Assembly: GCA_002269645.1 (NCBI GenBank)
Contig: NIVC01000542.1
Coordinates: 124,001-188,000, forward strand
Direction of reading: 5' to 3'
Source of the DNA: Macrostomum lignano
Lineage: Eukaryota
DNA: 64,000 bases
The notes under the pieces were generated by a model. The model was not told the origin of the DNA. It searched no databases and saw only the letters and a program-made list of their open reading frames with translations. The translations under genes were made by a program, and so were the position numbers. This document shows positions 11,589 through 23,600 of this stretch, piece by piece (the first letter of the stretch is position 1; every line of letters starts with the position of its first letter).

Positions 11589-11930
11589 TCAGACTGCCAA
11601 GCCGAAGACGCTCACAATGACGTACATCGACTTGTTCTCCCATTTGATGATGCAGGACCCGTCCGTCTGGCTGTCCCAGTAACAGGAGGAGGCTGTGTTC
11701 AGGCCGGCGCCGTTCTTCTGCATCACCAGACAGGTCACGATGTACTTGAACGGCTTGCCCAGGCGGGTGAGCTGGTTGACGCACTGCTCGATGACTGACG
11801 AGGTCCACTGGCCGACTTTGTTGTGCGAGTAGTGCGCCGTGCCGATGACGTCTTCCACGCTCTCCTTGATGATGTTGCTGACTTCGTCGACGGAGAAGCT
11901 GCTCTCGTCTGTGGCTTCGAGGTTGTCCAT
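11589..11930 (-). CDS. DYNLT1: Dynein light chain Tctex-type 1, intronless CDS
   Basis: 113 aa: [89 protein letters not shown], the canonical Tctex-1 sequence. Confidence 0.96.
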   Translation of the reverse strand: MDNLEATDESSFSVDEVSNIIKESVEDVIGTAHYSHNKVGQWTSSVIEQCVNQLTRLGKPFKYIVTCLVMQKNGAGLNTASSCYWDSQTDGSCIIKWENKSMYVIVSVFGLAV

Positions 11931-12479
11931 GCCGGCTTTTTATGACATGAATTCGGTTCGAAATGGTTCCTGACTGTTTTTAGTATTTTAACGTTAGGGG
12001 CAGCTAAATGCATACGATTTGAAACAATAAATTTGTATCCAGCATAAATATAAATAAATAAATATTTTACCACAAGCCGAGGGCCAAAAACGTTTTAAAA
12101 AGTCAGCATTGAAGAAAAAGTCGATTAGCAAATCCTATGGTTACACCAGTGGTACATGTAATTCCCAGAAATTTCCAAGTATTGATTTTGTATTAGCAAA
12201 TAAAATATCTTAACTTAGCCGAGGAGACTAAATGATAATGAATACTGAAGGAAATAAAAACAGAATTCTAAATGATCAGTTTAGCCAAGCAAATCTGCAA
12301 GGACGTGATAATGCGCAAGGAAATCTCCAAGGACATGTGCATACAATCATAGCCAAAAAGTGCTAAAAAGCGACACAACTTATCGAAATTTATAAAATAT
12401 GGTTCCAGTAGTCATTAACAATATTTTAGGTCTTTAGAATTTAGTCTATAATTTCTGATCAAGTTCTGATTTCTGATGG

Positions 12480-12567
12480 TGCAAGTTCGAGGAAAATCGG
12501 TTGAGCCGTTTTTTCTCCACTCGAAAACATAGATAGACACAGACAGACCATTTTTAGTATATGGATA
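12480..12567 (+). mobile_element. Possible 3' end of a non-autonomous Helitron/Lep1-HINE-like element
   Basis: AAGTTCGAGGAAAATCGGTTGAGCCGTTTT...AGATAGACACAGACAGAC...TTTAGTATATGGAT resembles the ...ATCGG...ACAGAC...TAGTATGGAT tail of such elements. Recognised from memory only. Confidence 0.3.
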
Positions 12568-14705
12568 AAAATTGTTATCTATAAAGCCAGAAAAATTAAT
12601 CAGTGGATCTTAATATTATCGACAAAGATAAAGGTGCAATTCATGTTTTTTGGCGTAATAGTTCAATTGTTGCCGAGTTTCCTAGAAAATTTTACTGATT
12701 GTTTCACTGAATGCAGTGTTTTTTAGGAAAAATTGCCCTTAACTACTAAGCCATGTTGTGAATCAAGAATACTTAATTCATATTATTTTCTACAATGCAG
12801 TAACATAGCCCATGTCATCCCTGAATACAAATTGTCTCTTCAAACCTGTCTTTCTTGAATTAACTTGTAAATTGCTAAAAGATAGTTTTTAATTAATAGA
12901 AAAGTTTTTTAACTGCTTTATGACCTTTAGTAGATCATATAAGTTGTGCAAGTGAAGCTGAGCTGATAAATTAAATTTCTTTGTAACATTTAGTTTAGTA
13001 AATCTTCTGCACTATTTAGTTTAGTAAATAGTGGAAAGGAACTTGATGAAGTTCTATAAACGAATAGATATAAAATGGGTAACTTATGCTCATTTATGCA
13101 TGGGATATTCACTGGGGAAAATGTAACAAAAATAAATGTAGCTAAACACATATTTTAGTCAAAAGGATTTGAATAGCTAAGTCAAAATATAGACACGATG
13201 TATACTAACAACACAACAAAAGCATTGATTTTTTAATATTTAAAGCAGTTTATAATATGATAATAAATTACTGCAGATAGCAGCGCAAAAATGCCCTTTG
13301 TTTTCTGTAGAGATTGCTTTATGCTTTAGTTTGTTTTATTATATTCATAGTCTAAATCGTGAATTTTTTTCGTGTTAACGTTAAAAATATTAGATGCATG
13401 TACGAGTCGAGGACCACTAGATGTTTAAAAATCGGTAATCATTCTCGATTTTTTAAACAGCTTAAAGCAGAAAAGCTTTTCTTTGCAATTTCATAATGTA
13501 AGGCTCTCATTAGTTCCCTCCCAAGTGGAGTTATATCCCTTTCAAAAATCTCATACAGCTATCTAACCTATATCTATCTAATCTAAGCTATATCCTACGC
13601 GGGTTACGCCACTGAGACAAATGGTTCCATAATAGTGTACTTGCGCGTATTTTACTTGACTGGGTTTTCCTTGATTTAGCTGTTGGATGGTTCGTTTGAC
13701 TCGGTCAAAACTGGCTAGAATATTTTTATTTTGATATTACATGTTACATGGGATATTACATGTACATATGTAAATATATTTATTTACTTTAATTTAAGGC
13801 AGTTTAATTTTGTTTAGAATTCGATATCCAATTTAAAAACTGAATTTTTAAAGCCTTTCTGCAACCCTTGTGAGCATATTTATTATTCATTCACGCTGCC
13901 ACCGTAGAGCATGTGAACTCAGCAAGTCTTTCAATAATTTTTGTTCAGAGATGCAGGATTAAGCATGCACATTAATTGGCCGTGATGATTGCGGACGTTT
14001 AAGTGAAAATGTGCATATGAGTTTTTCAATTTGTGCATTCATATATTTGTTATGTCAACTACCAGTTAGCAGCGCACCGAGGTGCAAAAATGTTTGTACA
14101 TGTACATCATGCGTACACAAGCTTCACAGATTGCAGTCGGTTCGGTGTGCGCCTCAGCTCCGCGCACTCGCGGCCAGTTCAGGCATCGACAAGTCGGAAT
14201 CCGCCCGGATGGACAGGCCGGAGCTGCGCGCCATCAGCGGACGAGACAGCTGCAGAGCAGGGGTGAAGGTACATGGCGGTTCTGTAAAACTGCAGTAGCC
14301 CTACATGTAGCTTATCACGGATGTGCAGTCCAGTAGTCAAATCTATACATGTACATGGCGGTAGCTAGCTCGTAGACGCAATGGAGAATTGCGGTGTTTA
14401 GCATATCAATCAAGAAGTTAAACAATTTGTACACGCACTAACTTACATGTATAAATAATCCGTGAAAATTTAACATTACATGTACATCATGTACATGTAT
14501 AAAAGTAATGTAAAAGTACATGTATACCAATTATGATGTGTACACACTAAAACCGGGGTATCCGCGCCCATGTATATCTCACTTCAACTACATGTAAATG
14601 TGGATGGCCTACGCTGCCGATGTAGGTCTTTGCAGTTCATTCATTTCCGGTCCGTCCTCAGACTTGACCACCATGCGCATCAGGAACTGCATGACAGACA
14701 CCGGA

Positions 14706-15200
14706 TTATTTTCTGCTTGCCAGTTGGCGACCTCCCGCTGCGCACAGCAAAGCCTTAGGAGGAAGCTGCATCCCCCAACCTGTCCACGCAGACCGCGGCC
14801 CGCAGACTGAACTCACAAAGTCGTCCAGGGCGTCCCAGCGCCGACGGAGGCGCTGAAGGCCGGCAACGGCGGCCGAGCAGCCGGCGACCAGCAGGGAGAC
14901 GCCGCCGACCCCGCAGAGCAGCAGGAAGGCCAGCTTGAAGCGGACCTCGCAGCGCACGGTAGGTCGCGGCCCGCCGCCCTCGGCGCAGCAGTAGCCGTAG
15001 GTCAGCGCACTGTCGGTGAAGTTCACCGCCGACACCGCCGCCGCGCCACGCCGAGACGGCAAGCCGGCGCTGCACAGCTGCTCAGCCATGGCGGCGTCCT
15101 CCGCTGACGCCGCAGGCTGCTGCGACTGCGCTGTGGCAGAAATTCCGACCAGCGCAGCCAGCAGCAGCGGGAGGCCGGCCCGCAGCATCCACAGCTTCAT
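14706..15200 (-). CDS. Small type I single-pass membrane protein (signal peptide, short Cys-containing ectodomain, TM helix, basic stop-transfer)
   Basis: MKLWMLRAGLPLLLAALVGISATA signal; LC...YGYCC...RC ectodomain; LAFLLLCGVGGVSLLVAGCSAAVAGL TM followed by QRLRRR; GC-rich codons. The 3' end is uncertain (GTGAGT donor near 14812; alternative open frame continues to ~14617). Confidence 0.6.
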   Translation of the reverse strand: MKLWMLRAGLPLLLAALVGISATAQSQQPAASAEDAAMAEQLCSAGLPSRRGAAAVSAVNFTDSALTYGYCCAEGGGPRPTVRCEVRFKLAFLLLCGVGGVSLLVAGCSAAVAGLQRLRRRWDALDDFVSSVCGPRSAWTGWGMQLPPKALLCAAGGRQLASRK

Positions 15201-15859
15201 CAGGACTCAAAGCAGCGCAAATAATGTTTTTTACTGAGCCCAAAGAAAATCGCCGGGACTTACGCGAAACGCCCTGGCTAATACGATGATTGATATAAAC
15301 CCGCAACACTCGATAGGCTTCACTGGGGGCTCCGCCCATAACAGCTCAAGAATGCAGAAATCGATATGAAATCAAAGCGGCTTTCACTGCCCGGATATAT
15401 TGAGCAGCAGTGGCAGTTTGACAGCAGTTTAGCCAGTGCGTTGCTGCAGTGTATTTCGGAGGTGAAGTAGTTAGTAAAAATATAAATAGAAGCATAAGCT
15501 TATCCAGTCAGACCGGGATAAATAGCTGTATAAAAAACACGTTGCGGGCGGCACATGCAGACTCTCTGGATAAAATTCAATATGGAAAATTGTCCACCAA
15601 ACGGCGTGAGAGGGTAATTGAAATTTGCCACTAAAAGTGTGAAATAGAAAGGCGCTGTCTAGCAAAAATAACAACAGTTTAATCCCAAAAATGAGCACCA
15701 CAGGTCAGTGCTTGCTTTGATTTTGATTTGAGAACAGCGGCCAACACAGAACAACTTGGAGAAAGCAGAGCAGAAATGGCATGACAGAAGCGGAGGAACA
15801 GGTTAAAATACGCGTAAAACAGTTGGTTAAAAACGGGAATGCTGCTGTTAAAACTTCGC

Positions 15860-18800
15860 TCAGCGCAGCTCCGGGAACTCCTCGTCTCGGACGCTGAATG
15901 GCCGGTGAAACCCAGCGGTGGCTCCGGCCGCCTGGGGCTGCTGTCGGCGCTCGGGCGGCCCGGGCTGCCAGTCCCAGCCGGACTGCCGGGCACGCCGCTG
16001 CGGCAAGAAGCACCGCAGGTCCGGGCGCCACGCGAACCGAAGGCTGGAGTCGTCCGGCAGGCCCGACCGGTTGAGCCGGCGCCGGTCGCCTGTCCGGTCC
16101 GGGAAGTCGTCCGGGTGAGCCGGGATGCAGCCGCTGCGGTCCAGGCGGTCCAGCAGGCAGGACCACATCCGATTGGTGCGCAGCAGGCTGCGGTTGCCTG
16201 CGGCGGCGGCGGTGGCAGCGGGCGACGGATGAATGCTGAGTGTCTGCTGAGTGACTGCTGTGCGTATGCCGTGTTTACGCTGTGTCCGCTCGCGCTGTGT
16301 GTCCGCTAAGTGCATGTGTCTGCTGTATCTGATGTGTGGGCTGTGTCTGCTGCGTGTCTGCTGTGTGTCTCATGTGTCTGCTGTGTGTTTCATGTGTCTG
16401 CTGTGTCTGCTGCGTGTCTGCTGTGTGTCTCATGTGTCTGCTGTGTGTCATGTGTCTGCTGTGTGTTTCATGTGCCTGCTGTGTCTTATGCGTGTCTTCT
16501 GTGTTTCTGCTGTGAGGCTGTTCCCTCTCGTTCCTATCTTGATCCTCAAGAATTTATTTCCGCTTTCTAAAAAGTTTCAATAGAAAAGCTGCCTCACCCC
16601 AGCCGCCAGCAGTCTCGAACTCACCAATGATGATGAGGCCGCGCCTGGCCCTGGTCAGAGCCACATTAATCTGATTCTCATCCGTGATGAAGCCGAGGTA
16701 TTTGTTCTCCCAGCCTGGCAGTGGGCACTTGGGGATCTCGTACTCCGGCAGAGACCGCACCAGCGATAGGATGACGTAATCAAATTCGCTGCCTGCGGCG
16801 TTAATGAGAATCACTTAGTTATATTGACTACGCTACATATCGGCAGCCTGACAGACTTACCCTGGCTGGCAATAACAGTCTGCACCGCGGGATTGGTGAA
16901 TCCCTCCTGCTGCAGCTTCTGCTTGATGACGCTGACCTGGTAGCGGTACTGCGACAGCACCCCGATGGAGCCCTCGACAAACCTGCGCGAACTCAGCCGC
17001 TGCACGATGCTCTTGTAGATGCGCACCTGCGGTGGGGTGGCGGGGTTGGGCGTGTGCAGGGCGGGATCCTCAGGTTTATGTTCAGATCCCATGGGTCAAT
17101 AAACCTCAGATCCCATGGGTCAGTGAACCTCAGATCCCATGGGTCAATAAACCTTAGATCCCATGGGCCAGTGAACCTCAGATCCCATGGGTCAATAAAC
17201 CTTAGATCCCATGGGTCAGTGAACCTCATATCCCATGGGCCAGTGAACCTCAGATCCCATGGGCCAGTGAACCTCAGATCCTATGGGTCAGTGAACCTCA
17301 GATCCATGGGTCAGTGAACTTCAGATCCCATGCATCAAGCGTCTCCAAACATGAAAGAATCTCCGGACATCTGATGCACAAAAGCAGAAAATTCACCAAC
17401 AGTTGCAGATATTTGATAAATAATATCGATATCTATATAGCAAAAAGCTCCTAGTCTACTGCCAGCCTACAGTAAGTAGTGTAAATGGTGCATTTTACTC
17501 GTATTGGGTTCGAAAACGAAAATATCTGGGCAGGAGTGCGCGGGCACGTAGCCCAGCCAAATGCAGCGCAATAGAAAATGGCAGTTTCCAAGAAAAACTG
17601 CAGAAACGCGTCAGGGATAAAAATAGACTTGGCCAACAGCTGCGGTGCTGGCTGCAGTGTACAGCGGTGCAACACAGATATGCACACCTCGCCACTGCGT
17701 GCCAGCTGGTCTCCAGCGATAAGCCGAGTGTTAATAACTGCCCTCCTATACTCGTAAGTGCAGACTGATTGCTGAGCGCAAAGTTCATGTGGACTTTTTT
17801 AGTTTAACATTTCTGATCCAGAGTTTGTGCGCAATGGCATGTTTGACCAGCCTATGCACAATTCATGCACCATTTGCCTTGCCTCAATATCTAACTGAAT
17901 GCTCATCTTTTTTTAGAAACAAACCTGCCCCAGCCTCCATCATCAAGCAGGCCTAGACTTACCGCAGTCTCAGCCTCCCCTCTTCATCAAGCAGTCCCAG
18001 ACTCACCGCACACGACCTCAGTCTCAGCCTCCCTCATCATCAAGCAGTCCCAGACTCACCGCACACGACCTCAGTCTCAGCCTCCCTCATCATCAAGCAG
18101 TCCCAGACTCACCGCACACGACCTCAGTCTAAGCCTCCCTCATCATCAAGCAGTCCCAGACTCACCGCACACGACTTCAGTCTCAGCCTCCCTCATCATC
18201 AAGCAGTCCCAGACTCACCGCAGTCTCAGCCTCCCTCATCATCAAGCAGTCCCAGACTCACCGCACACGACCGCAGTCTCAGCCTCCCCTCTTCATCAAG
18301 CAGTCCCAGACTCACCCGCACACGACCGCAGTCTCAGCCTCCCCTCTTCATCAAGCAGTCCCAGACTCACCCGCACACGACCGCAGTCTCAGCCTCCCCT
18401 CTTCATCAAGCAGTCCCAGACTCACCCGCACACGACCGCAGTCTCAGCCTCCCCTCTTCATCAAGCAGTCCCAGACTCACCCGCACACGACCGCAGTCTC
18501 AGCCTCCCTCATCATCAAGCAGTCCCAGACTCACCGCAGTCTCAGCCTCCCTCATCATCAAGCAGTCCCAGACTCACCGCAGTCTCAGCCTCCCTCATCA
18601 TCAAGCAGTCCCAGACTCACCGCAGTCTCAGCCTCCCTCATCATCAAGCAGTCCCAGACTCACCGCAGTCTCAGCCTCCCTCATCATCAAGCAGTCCCAG
18701 ACTCACCGCAGTCTCAGCCTCCCGCTCGTTGCAGCGCGAGTCCTCGTGCCCCTCGTCGCTGGCCACTGTGGTCCGCTTCTCCTTGCCGGCGATGTGCAAG

Positions 18801-19186
18801 AAGACGACCCGCTCCTCCTCGCCCATGGGATGCAGATCTCCCACATGCGCATCGGGCATTGTTGAGTAGACAAATCCCTGCTCCACACAGCGCTGCCGGG
18901 TTCGAACCCCCGGCCAGCAGCCGTACAGAACGTTGGCGTTGGTGGCCAGCATTCGCTCGTAGGCGCTGTCCTCAGCCAGCAGGTGCGTGTTGACGCCGTT
19001 CCAGTAGCGGCCGGCGTCCTTGCGGATGTTGCCGTAGGGCTTCAGGCCGGTCCAGGACGGCGAGCGGCGGGTCTGCAGGCCGGGGCCGTTCGGCTGGCCG
19101 TCCTGGCCGCTGACGTTGTAAAAATACTCAGCGGGGAAGTCCGCCAGGCTGGGGTGCTGCGGGGATTCGAGTGGCATGCCGAACTA

Positions 19187-19233
<47 letters not shown>

Positions 19234-19306
19234 GTCTGTCTATCTATCTATCTATCTGTCTATCTATCTGTCTGTCTATCTATCTATCTGTCTATCTATC
19301 TGTCTG

Positions 19307-19389
<83 letters not shown>

Positions 19390-19390
19390 G

Positions 19391-19433
<43 letters not shown>

Positions 19434-19450
19434 GTCTATCTATCTGTCTG

Positions 19451-19501
<51 letters not shown>

Positions 19502-19502
19502 G

Positions 19503-19561
<59 letters not shown>

Positions 19562-19578
19562 GTCTATCTATCTGTCTG

Positions 19579-19613
<35 letters not shown>

Positions 19614-19630
19614 GTCTATCTATCTGTCTG

Positions 19631-19701
<71 letters not shown>

Positions 19702-19714
19702 GTCTATCTATCTG

Positions 19715-19769
<55 letters not shown>

Positions 19770-19790
19770 GTCTATCTATCTATCTATCTG

Positions 19791-19845
<55 letters not shown>

Positions 19846-19846
19846 G

Positions 19847-19881
<35 letters not shown>

Positions 19882-19907
19882 GTCTGTCTATCTATCTGAC
19901 TATCTAC

Positions 19908-19953
<46 letters not shown>

Positions 19954-19970
19954 GTCTATCTATCTATCTG

Positions 19971-20009
<39 letters not shown>

Positions 20010-20026
20010 GTCTGTCTATCTATCTG

Positions 20027-20105
<79 letters not shown>

Positions 20106-20114
20106 GTCTATCTA

Positions 20115-20177
<63 letters not shown>

Positions 20178-20182
20178 GTCTG

Positions 20183-20221
<39 letters not shown>

Positions 20222-20238
20222 GTCTATCTATCTGTCTG

Positions 20239-20317
<79 letters not shown>

Positions 20318-20318
20318 G

Positions 20319-20385
<67 letters not shown>

Positions 20386-20406
20386 GTCTATCTATCTATC
20401 TATCTG

Positions 20407-20453
<47 letters not shown>

Positions 20454-20458
20454 GTCTG

Positions 20459-20509
<51 letters not shown>

Positions 20510-20571
20510 GTCTATCTATCTATCTATCTGTCTATCTATCTATCTATCTTTCTATCTATCTACCTACCTAC

Positions 20572-20653
<82 letters not shown>

Positions 20654-23600
20654 GTCTATCTATCTGTCTATCTATCTATCTATCTGTCTATCTATCTATC
20701 TATCTTTTTATCTATCCGCTGTGCCCAACCCGACACGAGAGGGGCGGTCTAGCATTAACCGTTCCCCCCTTATCCCAGCTCATATTTCATAAATTTGTCA
20801 GAACCGAAAGTCAGTAGAGGCGGCTCAACGAGCAGCATCCAGGCTGATGTCGGCTCTGAAGTTACACGCTTTTAATTGCTTTCACCTGCCATGAGTCAAA
20901 ATCGACTACCCGAAACCAACCCCCCTCCTAGGCTCCAAGCCAGCGCGTACCATTCTGTACTGGTAGCGCAGCATGATCATGTTGTCCGACTGGTACTCCA
21001 GGAACGACTTGCGCAGGCCCAGCAGGGCGGCCGTCTTGTTCTGGATGATGGGGCACAGCTGCTTGTGGTCGCCGATCAGCACCAGCCGTTCGGCATAGTG
21101 CGACCCCAGCCTGGCCGGCATCTCCGCGCCGCTATCGTCCACGCTGCCGGCCGGTGCCGCCCGAAGGTAGCCGACAACTGGCACGAGAGTCTCCGGCTGG
21201 GTGCACATGCCGGCCTCGTCGATGATGATCTGGCAGAAGCGGCAGGACTTCTGCAGCAGGCCGGACGAGCTGACGGAGGTGGTGCACAAAACGACCTCGA
21301 AGCGCTGTAGGGCGATGGACTTGGCGTCCGACAGCGCCACCCGGTACAGCTGCGTGATGGTGGACAGGTCCATGTCGCACGGCTGCAGCGGCTCGTTCCG
21401 CGTGGGATCAGTGAGCAGAGCGTACTCACGCAGGTGCGCCCTCAGGTACTTGTCCAGGTCCGGCAGCGAGGGCAGCATCTGGCAGTTTAGGGAGTTAAAG
21501 AGCAGCTGGTGTTTTACCTGCTCAGTCTATGTGACAGTGTATCTTCTATCTTAAATAAACAAAAGTCCAGGTACCCGGGTTTGTCTCACATGTCACAAGT
21601 ATCTCAAAGCACTATAGGTGAGTCCGGACCATACATGCGCAATCCCCCTGATTCACCGGGTGACTTACTTTTTGACCAAAAATGCGACTTACCTATGAAA
21701 AAACAGAAAAAACGATATTTTATGGTAAACGGCAGAAGTAACTATGACGGCATTATTAGGCTAAATGCCTCGTCATCTAAATAGTACTACGTCCTGTGTC
21801 CGGATCATACATGCGCAACACCCGACCGGCTGGCGAAAGGCTCAGCCAAGGTAAGTCGCAAAAATGCCCACCCGAAGAAACTAGTTAGATGACGAGGCAC
21901 CTAGCCTTTATAATACAATCATAGTTAATCCTGCCGTTTACCCAAAATAACGTCAATTTTTAGGTCTCTTTCATAGGTAAGTCACATTTTTGGCCAAAAG
22001 TAAGTCGCACGGCCGGTGTGAATCAGAGGGGTTGCGCATGCATGGTCCGGACATTTGTTACTAACTAAGGAAGTGACTTTAGCTTATTTTAGTGTTTAGC
22101 GTCACAAGAGCATTGACCCACCCGCCTCAAACAGACTGGCGCTGACCTGCACAAGAGCATTGACCCACCCGCCTCAAACAGACTGGCGCTGACCTGCACA
22201 AGAGCATTGACCCACCCGCCTCAAACAGACTGGCGCTGACCTGCACAAGAGCATTGACCCACCCGCCTCAAACAGACTGGCGCTGACCTGCACAAGAACA
22301 TTGACCCACCCGCCTCAAACAGACTGGCGCTGACCTGCACAAGAGCATTGACCCACCCGCCTCAAACAGACTGGCGCTGACCTGCACAAGAACATTGACC
22401 CACCCGCCTCAAACAGACTGGCGCTGACCTGCACAAGAACATTGACCCACCCGCCTCAAACAGACTGGCGCTGACCTGCACAAGAGCATTGACCCACCCG
22501 CCTCAAACAGACTGGCGCTGACCTGCACAAGAACATTGACCCACCCGCCTCAAACAGACTGGCGCTGACCTGCACAAGAGCATTGACCCACCCGCCTCAA
22601 ACAGACTGGCGCTGACCTGCACAAGAACATTGACCCACCCGCCTCAAACAGACTGGCGCTGACCTGCACAAGAGCATTGACCCACCCGCCTCAAACAGAC
22701 TGGCGCTGACCTGCACAAGAACATTGACCCACCCGCCTCAAACAGACTGGCGCTGACCTGCACAAGAGCATTGACCCACCCGCCTCAAACAGACTGGCGC
22801 TGACCTGCACAAGAACATTGACCCACCCGCCTCAAACAGACTGGCGCTGACCTGCACAAGAGCATTGACCCACCCGCCTCAAACAGACTGGCGCTGACCT
22901 GCACAAGAACATTGACCCACCCGCCTCAAACAGACTGGCGCTGACCTGCACAAGAACATTGACCCACCCGCCTCAAACAGACTGGCGCTGACCTGCACAA
23001 GAGCATTGACCCACCCGCCTCAAACAGACTGGCGCTGACCTGCACAAGAACATTGACCCACCCGCCTCAAACAGACTGGCGCTGACCTGCACAAGAGCAT
23101 TGACCCACCCGCCTCAAACAGACTGGCGCTGACCTGCACAAGAACATTGACCCACCCGCCTCAAACAGACTGGCGCTGACCTGCACAAGAGCATTGACCC
23201 ACCCGCCTCAAACAGACTGGCGCTGACCTGCACAAGAACATTGACCCACCCGCCTCAAACAGACTGGCGCTGACCTGCACAAGAGCATTGACCCACCCGC
23301 CTCAAACAGACTGGCGCTGACCTGCACAAGAACATTGACCCACCCGCCTCAAACAGACTGGCGCTGACCTGCACAAGAACATTGACCCACCCGCCTCAAA
23401 CAGACTGGCGCTGACCTGCACAAGAGCATTGACCCACCCGCCTCAAACAGACTGGCGCTGACCTGCACAAGAACATTCCGAAATGCGCTGGCCGATTTCA
23501 CTCTGCGCTGCAGGAAGCTGCGGAAAATTTTGTCAAACGATTTGAGCAGCCGGGCCGACTTTCCGTTGCCGGTGCGCACGACCTCGTGCAGGGTGACCGG

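Noticed and set aside
18983-20792. Long ORFs of (LSIY)n; similar ORFs at 43048-44043 and 54964-55641
   Set aside because: Read-through of (TATC)n microsatellites, which lack stop codons on that strand; they lie in introns.
22102-23476. CRISPR-like appearance of the 47-bp and 50-bp (9974-10272) arrays
   Set aside because: Units are head to tail with no unique spacers, no cas genes are present, and the context is eukaryotic introns.
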